Assembly: GCA_021647505.1 (NCBI GenBank)
Contig: JAKIUN010000002.1
Span: forward strand, 54,158 to 118,157
Direction: 5' to 3'
DNA: 64,000 bases
Origin: Gammaproteobacteria bacterium
Lineage (GTDB): Bacteria > Pseudomonadota > Gammaproteobacteria > SZUA-152
The position numbers and the translations under genes are program-made. Below the pieces are notes generated by a model that did no database searches, was not told where the DNA came from, and saw only the letters and a list, made by a program, of their open reading frames with translations. Below, in pieces: positions 22,005-31,115 of the stretch. Position 1 is the first letter of the stretch. The number at the start of each line of letters is the position of its first letter.

Positions 22005-23359
22005 CAGCTGCTTCCTTCCGTCAGCGCATCCACCACATATTCCATGTGTGCCGAGCGCGACCCCTTCACCAACAAGGTGCAACCGGCCTGCAGATCGGCC
22101 TGCAGGCGCTCGATGAGCAGCCCCTGAGTGGCAAGGTGCCAGGCCTGTCCGCCACCCAGCTCGGTGAAGGCATCCACGGCGAAACGCGACAGCTCCCCCA
22201 CGGCATACAGGTGCGTGACTCCGGCATCAAAGGCGTGGCGCCCAGCGCTGGCGTGCAAGGCCTCAGCCTCATCGCCCAGCTCGGCCATATCGCCCAGCGC
22301 CAGAAAGCGTTCACCCGACATACCTGCCAATACCTCCAGCGCCGCCAGCAGCGAAGCCGGATTGGCGTTGTAGGTGTCATCAAGGATGCGCGCACCATTG
22401 GTGCCGGCCTTCCAGCACAGCCGGCCCGGTACCGGAGACAGACTCTCCAGCCCGCTGCGGATATCCGCCAGCACGGCACCGGCAGCCAGTGCAGCGGCGG
22501 TCGCGGCCAGCGCATTCATGGCATTGTGGCGGCCCGGCAGGGGCAGACTGACACTCAGTTTGCCTTGCGGGGTGGAAATTTGCAGGGCATCATCCGCTCG
22601 CCACTGGCCGTGCACATCGGCCTCGGCATCGAGGGCGAAACTCAGTACCCGATGCGCACCGGTCTGTCCACGCCACAGCTCGGCGAAGACGTCGTCGGCA
22701 TTGACAATGGCGGTGCCACCTTCGGCCAGTCCCGCAAATATCTCGCCCTTGCTGCGCGCCACCGACTCCAACGAACCGAAACCGGCCAGGTGCGCGCCGG
22801 CAGCATTGGTCAGCACCGCCACGGTGGGCGCAGCGATGCGGGTCAAGTAAGCGATATCGCCAGGCTTGCTGGCGCCGGCCTCGATCACCGCGGCCTGATG
22901 GCTGTCGTCCAGTTGCAGCAGGGTCAGGGGCAGGCCGATCTCGTTGTTCAAATTGCCGTGAGTAGCCAGTACTTCTCTGTTCTGACCGAGAATGGCAGCA
23001 AGCATCTCCTTCACCGTGGTCTTGCCGTTGCTGCCGGTGATAGCGATCACTGGGATGTCGAAGCGCGCGCGCCACAAGGCAGCTAGCTCGCCCAGCGCGG
23101 CGTGGGGCTCGGCAACGACGATCTGTGGCAGCTCGGTTTTCATCTCATGTGCCACCAGCACCGCCACCGCACCGCGTGCAGCAGCTGCGGCGATATAGTC
23201 GTGGCCATCGAAATTCGGGCCCTGCAGAGCTACGAACAGTTGTCCCGGCTGCAACCGACGGGTATCGGTAGCAACGCCATCGAACACCCCATCCTCGCCC
23301 AGCAGGCGGGCATCAAGGGCCATGGCAATATCCTGCAGATAGAGATGACAGCCGCTCAT
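22004..23359 (-). CDS. murF: UDP-N-acetylmuramoyl-tripeptide--D-alanyl-D-alanine ligase MurF
   Basis: Mur ligase motifs (ITGSNGKTT), VATDTRRL near the N-terminus as in E. coli MurF. Confidence 0.9.
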   Translation of the reverse strand: MSGCHLYLQDIAMALDARLLGEDGVFDGVATDTRRLQPGQLFVALQGPNFDGHDYIAAAAARGAVAVLVAHEMKTELPQIVVAEPHAALGELAALWRARFDIPVIAITGSNGKTTVKEMLAAILGQNREVLATHGNLNNEIGLPLTLLQLDDSHQAAVIEAGASKPGDIAYLTRIAAPTVAVLTNAAGAHLAGFGSLESVARSKGEIFAGLAEGGTAIVNADDVFAELWRGQTGAHRVLSFALDAEADVHGQWRADDALQISTPQGKLSVSLPLPGRHNAMNALAATAAALAAGAVLADIRSGLESLSPVPGRLCWKAGTNGARILDDTYNANPASLLAALEVLAGMSGERFLALGDMAELGDEAEALHASAGRHAFDAGVTHLYAVGELSRFAVDAFTELGGGQAWHLATQGLLIERLQADLQAGCTLLVKGSRSAHMEYVVDALTEGSS

Positions 23360-24882
23360 TGGGTGCTCCCCGCGTTTTCCGTTGTCGATCCGCCCGGCCG
23401 CGCACGCAGGGCGGCACGCACCTGTTCGGCATCATTGAAGGGCAAACGCTGCCCGCCAAGCAATTGATAGTCTTCGTGTCCCTTACCAGCCACCAGCACC
23501 ACATCACCCTCGCTGGCACGGCTTACGGCATGGCGAATGGCTGCGGCGCGGTCGTTGATAACGGTCACCGCATCCGCGTTTTCAAAACCACTGAAGATGT
23601 CGGCGACGATCACGTCCGGGTCTTCGCTGCGCGGGTTGTCATCGGTGACGATGATCTGATCAGCGGTCTGCTCCACCGCGCGCGCCATCAACGGACGCTT
23701 GCCTTCGTCGCGGTCGCCGCCACAACCGAACACACAGATCAGCCGGCCTGCGCCGTGCGCGCGCAGGGCCTCAAGCACCTGGATGAGAGCATCCGGAGTG
23801 TGGGCGTAATCGACCACCACCAAGGGCTCACCCGCACCACCGCCGAGACGCTGCATACGACCCGGCACCGGTTGCACACACGACAAACGCGCCAAGACCT
23901 CGTCGAAACTCAGGCCGCAGGCCAGCAACGCGGCAAAGGCGGCAAGCAGGTTTTCGGCATTGAAGCGGCCTAGCAAAGGCACGCTCAACTCGCCATAGCC
24001 CCAGTCACTCTCGATGCGCAGGCGCAGGCCCTGGCTATTGAGTTGCAAATCCGTGCCCAGCAGCGAAGGCGGCAGGCGTGAATCATCGAAGCCGTAGCTG
24101 ACCGTGCCGACTGCACCGGGCATACCGGCCAACAGCGACTGACCGTAGTCATCGTCGAGATTGATCACCGCATATTTCAGTCCCGGGGTCTCGAACAAGC
24201 GGCGTTTGGCGCGGCCATAGCTGGCCATATCGCCATGGTAGTCCAAGTGTTCACGACTCAGATTAGTGAACACCGCCACGTCAAAGGCAACACCTGCCAC
24301 ACGCCCCTGGTCGAGGGCGTGAGAGGAGACCTCCATCACCACCTGCGGTGCACCCGCATCGCGCATTCCGGCCAACAGACCGTGCACAGTGATGGCATCC
24401 GGGGTGGTATGGGTACCGGACTGCAAGCCGCCGAACAGGCCGTTGCCGACAAGACCGTTACCGAGGGTGCCGATGACACCACAGGGGCCGTCGGCACGCA
24501 GAGCCTGGGCGATGAAGTGGCTCACCGAAGTCTTACCGTTGGTGCCAGTAACGCCGATCACGGTTAGGGCCTGTGAGGCATTACCGTACCAGCGCTCGGC
24601 AATGGCACCGAGCTTGAACTTCAATTCCGGCAGCGAGATCACGGGCACCCCGCTACGCTGCTCTTTTTTCACCCAAGTGGCCTCTTGCAGCACCGCCGCC
24701 GACCCGCGCTCGATGGCCTGATCGATAAACTGCCTGCCGTGCACCTGACTGCCCTCAAGGGCAAAAAACAGATCACCGAAGGCCACCTGGCGGCTATCCA
24801 GCGCCAAGCCACCAATCTCGACCTCGGGTAGATCGGGCAGCTTGACGATACCCGCGAGCAATTCAGGCAGGGAGCGGGCCAT
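23356..24882 (-). CDS. murE: UDP-N-acetylmuramoyl-L-alanyl-D-glutamate--2,6-diaminopimelate ligase MurE
   Basis: Mur ligase motifs (GVTGTNGKTS), DNPR motif (meso-DAP specificity); ATGA overlap with ftsI stop. Confidence 0.9.
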   Translation of the reverse strand: MARSLPELLAGIVKLPDLPEVEIGGLALDSRQVAFGDLFFALEGSQVHGRQFIDQAIERGSAAVLQEATWVKKEQRSGVPVISLPELKFKLGAIAERWYGNASQALTVIGVTGTNGKTSVSHFIAQALRADGPCGVIGTLGNGLVGNGLFGGLQSGTHTTPDAITVHGLLAGMRDAGAPQVVMEVSSHALDQGRVAGVAFDVAVFTNLSREHLDYHGDMASYGRAKRRLFETPGLKYAVINLDDDYGQSLLAGMPGAVGTVSYGFDDSRLPPSLLGTDLQLNSQGLRLRIESDWGYGELSVPLLGRFNAENLLAAFAALLACGLSFDEVLARLSCVQPVPGRMQRLGGGAGEPLVVVDYAHTPDALIQVLEALRAHGAGRLICVFGCGGDRDEGKRPLMARAVEQTADQIIVTDDNPRSEDPDVIVADIFSGFENADAVTVINDRAAAIRHAVSRASEGDVVLVAGKGHEDYQLLGGQRLPFNDAEQVRAALRARPGGSTTENAGSTQ

Positions 24883-26624
24883 CAGTGCACATCTCCATCA
24901 CCGCGCAGCAGCGCCAGGCGCTGGCCTGGCATGGAGGGCAGGTCATCGGGCGGGATGTCGAGCAGGCGCAGGGCGCCAGCCATGACCTTGCCGAACACTG
25001 GCGCGGCCACCACGCCGCCGTAATATTTTTCACCACGCGGCTCATCGATCATGACCACCATGACCAGTCGTGGCTCACTGGCCGGAGCGATGCCGGCGAA
25101 TACCGCAATAAAACTGTCTTCGACGTAGCCGCCGGCACCGGATTTTTTCACCGTACCGGTCTTGCCGGCGATGCGGTAGCCCGACACGGCGGCACGGGTA
25201 CCGGTGCCGCCCTCGGCCACCACACGTTCCATCATGCCGCGCACCGCACGCAGGCTGTCGGCACTGAACGCAGGCTCATACAGGGCCGCCAGCTCGTCGG
25301 CCTCACTACGCGAGCGGCGCAGAAAACTGACCGGTACTGGGCGGCCATCGGTGGCCAGCGCGGCGTAGGCGCGCGCCAGCTGCAGGGTAGTCGTGGACAT
25401 ACCGTAGCCGTAGGAGATGGTCGCACGCTGGATGTCACGCCAGCTGCCATAGTCGGTAAGCAGACCACCGGATTCACCAGGAAAACCACTGCCCGTGGAC
25501 TCGCCGAGACCGACGCTGGCGAAGGCCTTCCACAGGTGTTCCGGACTCTGCGCCAGGGCCAGCTTGCTGGCGCCCACGTTGCTCGACTTCTGAATCACGG
25601 TAGAGACATCGATGAGACCGTAGTCGCGAAAATCATGAATGGTCTTGCGGCCAACGCGGAAGTAACCGGGAGTCGTATCCACCGGCGTCTGCGAGTGGAA
25701 GCGGCCAGTCTCCAGCGCCGCAGCGACGGTGAAGGGCTTGATGGTAGAACCGGGCTCGAAGACATCGGTGACGGCGCGGTTACGCAGATGCGAGCGCTTC
25801 AGCTTGCTGCGGTTGTTGGGGTTATAGGCAGGTTGGTTGACCATCGCCAACACCTCGCCGGTGTGCACATCAAGAATCACCGCGGATCCGGCATCGGCTC
25901 GGTTACGGCGTACGGCGGCCTTCAGCTCACGATAGGCCAGGTATTGCAGGCGGAGATCGATGCTCAATGCTATGTCTTCACCGGGCTGCGGCTCACGCAC
26001 CCGCTCAACGCTCTCAACGATGCGGCCGAGGCGATCCTTGATCACGCGTTTGGCCCCGGGAATGCTGCGCAGGCGCTCGTCGAAGGCCAGCTCTACACCT
26101 TCCTGGCCAGCATCGTCCACATCGGTAAAGCCAACCACATGTGCGGTCACCTCGCCGGCGGGATAGAAGCGGCGGTACTCAGGGGCCATGGCCACACCGG
26201 GGATCTCCAGCTCGCTGACACGCTGTGCCATATCCGGATTGACGCGGCGCTTGAGATAGACGAATTCCTTGTGCTGACGCGCCACCAGCAGACGTTCAAG
26301 ATCGGCGCGTTTGATGCGCAGAGCCCTGGCCAACTTCGTCCAGCTGTCACGCTCGAGGATCAGCACCTTGGGATTGGCCCATACGGAATCCACCGGGGTG
26401 CTGATGGCCAGGGGCTCGCCAAAGCGGTCGGTAATCATGCCCCGGTGGGCGGGCTCGGAGACCACACGCAGGAAGCGTGCATCACCCTGCCCCTGCAGAA
26501 AATCCTTGTCCAGCACCTGCAGATTCACCGCGCGCACCGCCAGCCCACCTGCGGCCAGCGCAAACACGCCTAGCACCAGCAGACGCCGGCCACGATAAGA
26601 TAAAGACTTGTCTTGCTCACTCAT
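24882..26624 (-). CDS. ftsI: peptidoglycan D,D-transpeptidase FtsI (PBP3)
   Basis: N-terminal TM, transpeptidase motifs (STIKP, SSN, KTGT). Confidence 0.9.
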   Translation of the reverse strand: MSEQDKSLSYRGRRLLVLGVFALAAGGLAVRAVNLQVLDKDFLQGQGDARFLRVVSEPAHRGMITDRFGEPLAISTPVDSVWANPKVLILERDSWTKLARALRIKRADLERLLVARQHKEFVYLKRRVNPDMAQRVSELEIPGVAMAPEYRRFYPAGEVTAHVVGFTDVDDAGQEGVELAFDERLRSIPGAKRVIKDRLGRIVESVERVREPQPGEDIALSIDLRLQYLAYRELKAAVRRNRADAGSAVILDVHTGEVLAMVNQPAYNPNNRSKLKRSHLRNRAVTDVFEPGSTIKPFTVAAALETGRFHSQTPVDTTPGYFRVGRKTIHDFRDYGLIDVSTVIQKSSNVGASKLALAQSPEHLWKAFASVGLGESTGSGFPGESGGLLTDYGSWRDIQRATISYGYGMSTTTLQLARAYAALATDGRPVPVSFLRRSRSEADELAALYEPAFSADSLRAVRGMMERVVAEGGTGTRAAVSGYRIAGKTGTVKKSGAGGYVEDSFIAVFAGIAPASEPRLVMVVMIDEPRGEKYYGGVVAAPVFGKVMAGALRLLDIPPDDLPSMPGQRLALLRGDGDVH

Positions 26625-26886
26625 TACGAATTATTACCACGGATTCAGCGTCCGGCATTTTCATACCCAGACGTTTACGCGCCACGCGCTCCACCCGGCT
26701 GTGTGTCGCCCAGGTGCCCTGCTCCAGCTGTAACTGTCCCCATTCCACATTCATTTGGTCACGCAGTTTTTCCAGCGTTTGCAGCTGTACGAACTGCTTA
26801 CGCCCTTCATGCTTGGCATAGATCACACCAATGGCCGAGGCCAGTACCGCCAACACCAGCGCTATCAGCAAACCGCCGGTTCTCAT
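26617..26886 (-). CDS. ftsL: cell division protein FtsL
   Basis: 89 aa, single TM + coiled coil, positioned between rsmH and ftsI. Confidence 0.8.
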   Translation of the reverse strand: MRTGGLLIALVLAVLASAIGVIYAKHEGRKQFVQLQTLEKLRDQMNVEWGQLQLEQGTWATHSRVERVARKRLGMKMPDAESVVIIRNE

Positions 26887-27846
26887 TCACGAACATCCTC
26901 CGCCGCCACTGCCGGCCAGCCGTTCGGCCACGCGCAACACGGCACTGCGGGCACGCGGATTTTCGTCCAGCTCCCGCTTGCCGGCGCGAATGGCCTTGCC
27001 CACCAGCATCAAGCGGGGATTCAGCGCCGATTGCGGCACTGGCAGAGCGGGCGGAAACTGGTCGCCTTTGGCCTCGTCACGCATGAAGCGTTTGACGATG
27101 CGGTCTTCCAGCGAATGAAAACTGATCACCGCCAACCGCCCGCCAGGACTGAGTGCCTCCAACGCCTGCGGCAGACAGTCGCGCAGGTCATCCAGTTCAG
27201 CATTAATAAAGATGCGGATGCCCTGAAAGCTCTTGGTTGCCGGATCCCGGCCCGGCTCCCAGCTGGGGTGGGCCTGGCGGATGATCTCGGCCAGCTGCGC
27301 GGTGCGCGTAATCGGCGTCTCAGCACGCGCGCTGACGATGGCGCGGGCAATACGCCGGGAGTGACGCTCTTCGCCGTACTGGTACAGCACGTCGGCAATC
27401 TCGCGTTCATTGGCCGAGGCCAGCCACTGCGCGGCACTGCGGCCCTGTTCTGGATCCATGCGCATATCGAGCACACCGTCGTTGCGAAAACTAAAGCCAC
27501 GCGAGGCGTCGTCAAGCTGTGGCGAGGAGACGCCGAGATCCAGCAGAATGCCATCCACCTTGCCCTGCCAGCCGCGCTGTTTCACATGCAGCCCCAGTTG
27601 CGTAAAGGAACCACGCTCGATGGCAAACCGCCCGTCCGTACCAAAACGGCGCTCGGCCTCGGCCACCGCCTGCGGATCCTTGTCCAACCCCAGCAGACAA
27701 CCCTGCGACCCCAGCCGTTCGAGAATGGCACCGGCATGGCCGCCGCGACCAAAGGTGCCGTCGATGTAGATGCCATCAGCGCGGATCGTCAGCGCTGCCA
27801 ACACCTCGTCAAACAGCACCGGTCGATGTGTGAACGGCTGTGTCAC
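26887..27846 (-). CDS. rsmH: 16S rRNA (cytosine1402-N4)-methyltransferase RsmH (MraW)
   Basis: [10 protein letters not shown]...[15 protein letters not shown]-binding motif; GTG start overlapping mraZ stop. Confidence 0.9.
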   Translation of the reverse strand: MTQPFTHRPVLFDEVLAALTIRADGIYIDGTFGRGGHAGAILERLGSQGCLLGLDKDPQAVAEAERRFGTDGRFAIERGSFTQLGLHVKQRGWQGKVDGILLDLGVSSPQLDDASRGFSFRNDGVLDMRMDPEQGRSAAQWLASANEREIADVLYQYGEERHSRRIARAIVSARAETPITRTAQLAEIIRQAHPSWEPGRDPATKSFQGIRIFINAELDDLRDCLPQALEALSPGGRLAVISFHSLEDRIVKRFMRDEAKGDQFPPALPVPQSALNPRLMLVGKAIRAGKRELDENPRARSAVLRVAERLAGSGGGGCS

Positions 27847-28295
27847 AACGACAGCGATTCGAGTTCAGGCGGCAGGTCATCCAGATCATCCTCTTCCGCC
27901 AGCCATTCATTGCGGCGCTGGGTCCAGAGTTCCTCGTTCCAGATTTCGAATTTGTTGCCCTGGCCGGTCAACACAGCGCGCTTTTCCAGTCCGGCGAACT
28001 CGCGCAGCGACGGCGGCAACAACATGCGCCCGGCGGAATCCAGCTCCACCTCGGTGGCGTGGCCGATATACAGACGCTGCATGCGGCGGGCCGCCTTGTT
28101 AAAGCTGGGCAGCTTCTGCAGCTTGCGCTCAACGATCTCCCATTCGGGTAGCGGATACAGCAGCAGGCAATGGTCACGATCCACAGTCACCACCATCTGC
28201 CCGTCACAGGCATCGGCCAAACGCTGACGGTAACGCGCAGGCATGCCCATACGTCCCTTGACGTCCAGATTCAGTGTGTTGACTCCGCGAAACAA
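27843..28295 (-). CDS. mraZ: transcriptional regulator MraZ
   Basis: 150 aa; [15 protein letters not shown] aligns with the E. coli MraZ N-terminus; apparent TTG start codon. Confidence 0.9.
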   Translation of the reverse strand: MFRGVNTLNLDVKGRMGMPARYRQRLADACDGQMVVTVDRDHCLLLYPLPEWEIVERKLQKLPSFNKAARRMQRLYIGHATEVELDSAGRMLLPPSLREFAGLEKRAVLTGQGNKFEIWNEELWTQRRNEWLAEEDDLDDLPPELESLSL

Positions 28296-28339
28296 TGATT
28301 GCTCCCATATGTTGACCCGAGGCGAGCAGGCGTGACATT

Positions 28340-28410
28340 AAAATCCACAATTACCCACTTCACCCCACTTCGCCACACTATAGGAACCACCCCCACCCAC
28401 TGTCAAGAAA
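28340..28410 (-). promoter_or_regulatory. Pmra promoter with MraZ operator (GTGGG direct repeats at 10-bp spacing)
   Basis: On the minus strand: TTGACA-18 bp-TATAGT followed by GTGGGGTGAAGTGGGTAATTGTGG (three GTGG(G) boxes spaced ~10 bp), the canonical MraZ-binding architecture. Confidence 0.5.
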
Positions 28411-28617
28411 TTAACGCGCTAAAATCCAGGAAATCTTTCTTTTCACACAATGACTTAGCGTCATGACAGCATTCCTGGCAGGCAGAAAAACGAACTACCT
28501 GACGGCAATCAAATCGTTGCTGTGTGAAGTTAAAGTAAAAGATTAGGTTTGGAGCCCAGAGGGGGCACAAAACGGAGAATCGTGCGAAAAAGGACAACAG
28601 AAGGAAAAAGCAATAAA

Positions 28618-28988
28618 AAAGGAAGCCGGCCTGTAAGCCGGGTTCTGTCGAGAACAGCCATTCATCTGGGCGCCACGTCACCGCGACGCTCGTGCGACCT
28701 ACCCGGGAGCAACGCGGGCCACGCCAATGCTCCCCTATTTGGTCTTGCTCCGGGTGGGGTTTACCCTGCCACCGCTGTTACCAGCGACGCGGTGCGCTCT
28801 TACCACACCTTTTCACCCTTACCTGTGCACCGGTGTGAACACCGGGCCATCGGCGGTCTGTTTTCTGCGGCACTTTCCGTAGGCTCTCGCCTCCCAGGTG
28901 TTACCTGGCACCCTGCCCTTTGGAGCCCGGACTTTCCTCCACATGTCTTGCAGGCAAGACACACAGCGACTGTCCAGCCGACTTCCGC
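28618..28988 (-). ncRNA. rnpB: RNase P RNA (bacterial type A)
   Basis: Reverse complement contains the universal RNase P RNA blocks GGAGGAAAGTCCGGGCTCCA...AGGGCAGGGTGCCAGGTAAC...GGTAAGGGTGAAA.GGTG.GGTAAGAGCGCACC...GGTAAAC.CCACCCGGAGCAAG.CCAAATAGG...ACAGAACCCGGCTTA; the P1 stem pairs GGAAGTCGGCTGG with CAGGCCGGCTTCC; T-run after the 3' end. Confidence 0.85.
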
Positions 28989-29096
28989 GCATAGTAAACG
29001 CCATTCCGGCCCCGAAATGCAAGCCTGTGGCGGTAAAGTGGACCCCGGATTCCAGACAGTAGTTTAAGCTGTCCCCCAGGATCTGAGGAACAGGTA

Positions 29097-29396
29097 ATGA
29101 GCGAGAAGAAGAAACGCAAGGTACACAGTGCAGAGTTCAAGGCGAAAGTGGGTCTTGAAGCCCTCAAAGGCGTGAAGACAATCAACGAGATTGGTCAGGC
29201 GTATGGAGTTCACCCCGTGCAGGTGGGTCAGTGGAAGAAGGCTATTCAGGAGCAGGCGAAGAGTCTGTTTGAGGGTAAGCGAGGCCCCAAGCCTGCTGCC
29301 GAACACCGACAGCCAGAGAAGCTGTTTTGCGAGATTGGCAAGCTGAAGATGGAGCTGGACTGGCTGAAAAAAAAGTCCGGGATCAGCCAGCCATGA
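29097..29396 (+). CDS. IS3-family transposase OrfA (HTH subunit)
   Basis: MSEKKKRKVHSAEFKAKVGLEALKGVKTINEIGQAYGVHPVQVGQWKK... characteristic of IS3 OrfA, including leucine-zipper C-terminus. Confidence 0.8.
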   Translation: MSEKKKRKVHSAEFKAKVGLEALKGVKTINEIGQAYGVHPVQVGQWKKAIQEQAKSLFEGKRGPKPAAEHRQPEKLFCEIGKLKMELDWLKKKSGISQP

Positions 29397-29515
29397 AGCG
29401 CTGGTTGTGGATTGAGCGGGAACATGAGATTCCGGTGGTTCGCCACCAATGCGAGTTAACCGGGGTCAAGCCTTACAATTTATACCTTATCAGAAAGAAG
29501 GGGTCAGGTCTTTGA
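29393..29515 (+). pseudogene. truncated IS3-family OrfB (integrase-core subunit) 5' fragment
   Basis: Only the first ~40 codons of orfB remain (…WIEREHEIPVVRHQCELTGVKPYNLYLIRKK…) before a stop; no DDE domain follows. Confidence 0.5.
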
Positions 29516-29682
29516 CTTGTAATCTCTACTCCGATAATCTCTTAGTTCCTGAGAGTCTCACAAGACACCGACATGACCCGCCCGATCATAAATCAAAGAC
29601 CTGACCCTGCATTTCTTTCGCTACGCTCATAAATTTCCGGCGAATTGGAGGCAAGAGGGAGAGTTCCCGCATTGTGGCTATC

Positions 29683-29725
29683 GGTAGGGTGGGCAGGCTT
29701 TTCATGCCCACGTGAAATATGCGCC
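29683..29725. repeat. half-copy (one hairpin unit, 42/43 identical) of the REP/MITE-like repeat family
   Basis: ggtagggtgggcaggcttttcatgcccacgtgaaatatgcgcc is the reverse complement of the second half of the full elements at 55947-56128 and 60040-60211. Confidence 0.7.
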
Positions 29726-29730
29726 TAGCT

Positions 29731-29797
29731 CAGCGGCAGGAATAAGGGGCGCGTATTTTTGCGAGCGCAAAAATCGTGACGCTTATTCCTGCCGCTG
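29731..29797 (-). terminator. long perfect hairpin (16-bp stem cagcggcaggaataag / cttattcctgccgctg, nested inner palindrome) 3' of the parE-like operon
   Basis: Perfect 16-bp inverted repeat with 35-nt loop itself partly palindromic; sits 10 bp downstream of the toxin stop on the minus strand; no obvious U-tract. Confidence 0.35.
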
Positions 29798-29807
29798 GAG
29801 ATTATAG

Positions 29808-30107
29808 TTATCTTTTTTTCAATTTATCCCTTATCCATGCCGGTTTCTTACGACAATCAAGAACAGCATATATAAGCACTGCGTCTTCCTCTATGTAGTA
29901 GTAAACAGAAAATGGAAATCGTTTTGACAGCAAGCGATGATATTTTCCAAAATGTATGGAGTGAATCCCAGCATTGAGAATCAATGAATCTATATCCGAG
30001 AAAAGAGTGTCCAAAAAATACGTACCGATACCCTCGGATTGTTTTTCATAGAACCAGTAGCCATCGATTAAGTCTTGGCTTGCCGATTTAAGTATTTTTA
30101 TCTTCAC
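29808..30107 (-). CDS. type II toxin, RelE/ParE superfamily
   Basis: 99 aa, low GC; ParE/RelE-like fold pattern; 4-bp overlap with upstream small antitoxin gene. Confidence 0.7.
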   Translation of the reverse strand: MKIKILKSASQDLIDGYWFYEKQSEGIGTYFLDTLFSDIDSLILNAGIHSIHFGKYHRLLSKRFPFSVYYYIEEDAVLIYAVLDCRKKPAWIRDKLKKR

Positions 30108-30322
30108 GAGATGTCATTTCTAATATTATTTTTGGCTTCCTCCCAATCAACAAATTGATCCTCTCCCCTCTTTAAGCGCCCTTCTCTTTCATTAAGAATC
30201 TTCTCATGCCATGGAGGAGATGAGAGGCTATCTGCCTTTTTGCATAAATCATCCCAGATGGATTCCATGGCTTGGAGTTTTTCTTCTACAGACATTGTAT
30301 CTAAAGGTAAAGTAACTGCCAT
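30104..30322 (-). CDS. putative addiction-module antitoxin (TIGR02574-like component)
   Basis: 72 aa; MSVEEKLQAMESIWDDL...PPWHEKILNEREGRLKRGEDQFVDWEEAK matches the 'putative addiction module component' family paired with ParE-like toxins. Confidence 0.65.
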   Translation of the reverse strand: MAVTLPLDTMSVEEKLQAMESIWDDLCKKADSLSSPPWHEKILNEREGRLKRGEDQFVDWEEAKNNIRNDIS

Positions 30323-30358
30323 TGTTTTCTCCTATGTTTTTTGTGCAAGATAACGCTT

Positions 30359-30420
30359 CACATCACCGGCAGCAAAAAGCAGAGCGAGGAACGACCGAGA
30401 TTTTTGCTGCCGGTGATGTG
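30359..30420 (-). terminator. perfect 20-bp inverted repeat (cacatcaccggcagcaaaaa / tttttgctgccggtgatgtg) between the 163-aa gene and the TA operon
   Basis: Perfect stem, 22-nt loop; located 26 bp 3' of the 163-aa gene stop and 37 bp upstream of the antitoxin start, so could be terminator and/or operator. Confidence 0.4.
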
Positions 30421-30445
30421 ATTGTTAGCAATATTTATATAGCCA

Positions 30446-30937
30446 TCAGATCTGAATGATTTCGTCTAGTTCTAATTGCCAACTTTTTAACTTATTCTGC
30501 ATTTCTGTTCGGAGTGTCAGTTCGGCCTCTTGTGCTTCCTTAAATACTTTTTTAACTTCTTCAACATCTAGCTCTTCACCTGTTTTGCCCTTGTAAATAA
30601 TCTCCCCGACCTTTGCACTTAAATTATTTATATTTTCTGCAATACTCTTGCACAGATAATGTTGACACTGTTGAGAAATACCAGCTTTTTCAGTAAAGGA
30701 AACCATAGCGTGCCCTATCATTTGCTGCGGTAATATTTCACCAATACCAACATCCATTTTTACTGTGCTAATTTGGTTAAGAGCCGTCTCCACCTTAGAT
30801 ATTTTCTTTTGAAGAATTTCTATCCTAATATTTTTTAAAGCTACTTCATTTTGTCTACGTGACGCTATCAATGTAGCTAAAAAGCTAACAAACGCTCCAA
30901 TAATAACCCCAAAAAAGCCAATAAGTGCAGTGTCCAT
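30446..30937 (-). CDS. hypothetical membrane-anchored coiled-coil protein (163 aa, low GC)
   Basis: N-terminal TM helix (LIGFFGVIIGAFVSFLATLIA) followed by predicted coiled coil; codon usage distinct from core genes; no recognisable family. Confidence 0.5.
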   Translation of the reverse strand: MDTALIGFFGVIIGAFVSFLATLIASRRQNEVALKNIRIEILQKKISKVETALNQISTVKMDVGIGEILPQQMIGHAMVSFTEKAGISQQCQHYLCKSIAENINNLSAKVGEIIYKGKTGEELDVEEVKKVFKEAQEAELTLRTEMQNKLKSWQLELDEIIQI

Positions 30938-31019
30938 ATTTTTCCTATTGCTAACGCTTATTATACGGCTTTTGCCTCGATATCATCGGTTTTGGCGTGG
31001 GCAATGTTCGCCTGTCGAA

Positions 31020-31066
31020 GGAGATTGAGCCTGGGTGGCAAACTTTTAATGCCCACGCGAAATACG
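31020..31066. repeat. degenerate copy of one hairpin unit of the REP/MITE-like repeat family
   Basis: cctgggtggcaaacttttaatgcccacgcgaaatacgagcc resembles gtagggtgggcacgttttttgtgcccacgcggttggcgc. Confidence 0.3.
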
Positions 31067-31115
31067 AGCCAACCGCCGCTGGCTGGCCAGTATGCGGCAC
31101 TGAGGCCCGGCGGGA

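Larger units (their letters stand above)
29097..29515 (+). mobile_element. IS3-family insertion sequence remnant (intact orfA, 5' stub of orfB, 3' part deleted)
   Basis: orfA product is a typical IS3/IS911 HTH transposase subunit; orfB start motif (EREHEIPVVRHQCELTGV) present in overlapping frame but truncated after ~40 codons. Confidence 0.7.

Noticed and set aside
24885-26573. 562-aa plus-strand ORF
   Set aside because: Antisense to ftsI; typical high-GC antisense open frame, His/Gly/Arg-rich low-complexity translation.
26755-28227. 490-aa plus-strand ORF
   Set aside because: Antisense to rsmH/mraZ, which have clear homology; no homology or sensible composition.
28549-29067. 172-aa plus-strand ORF (and overlapping minus-strand ORFs 28819-29022, 28901-29185, 28403-28681)
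   Set aside because: The region is the rnpB RNase P RNA gene and the mraZ promoter; the ORFs have no protein-like features.
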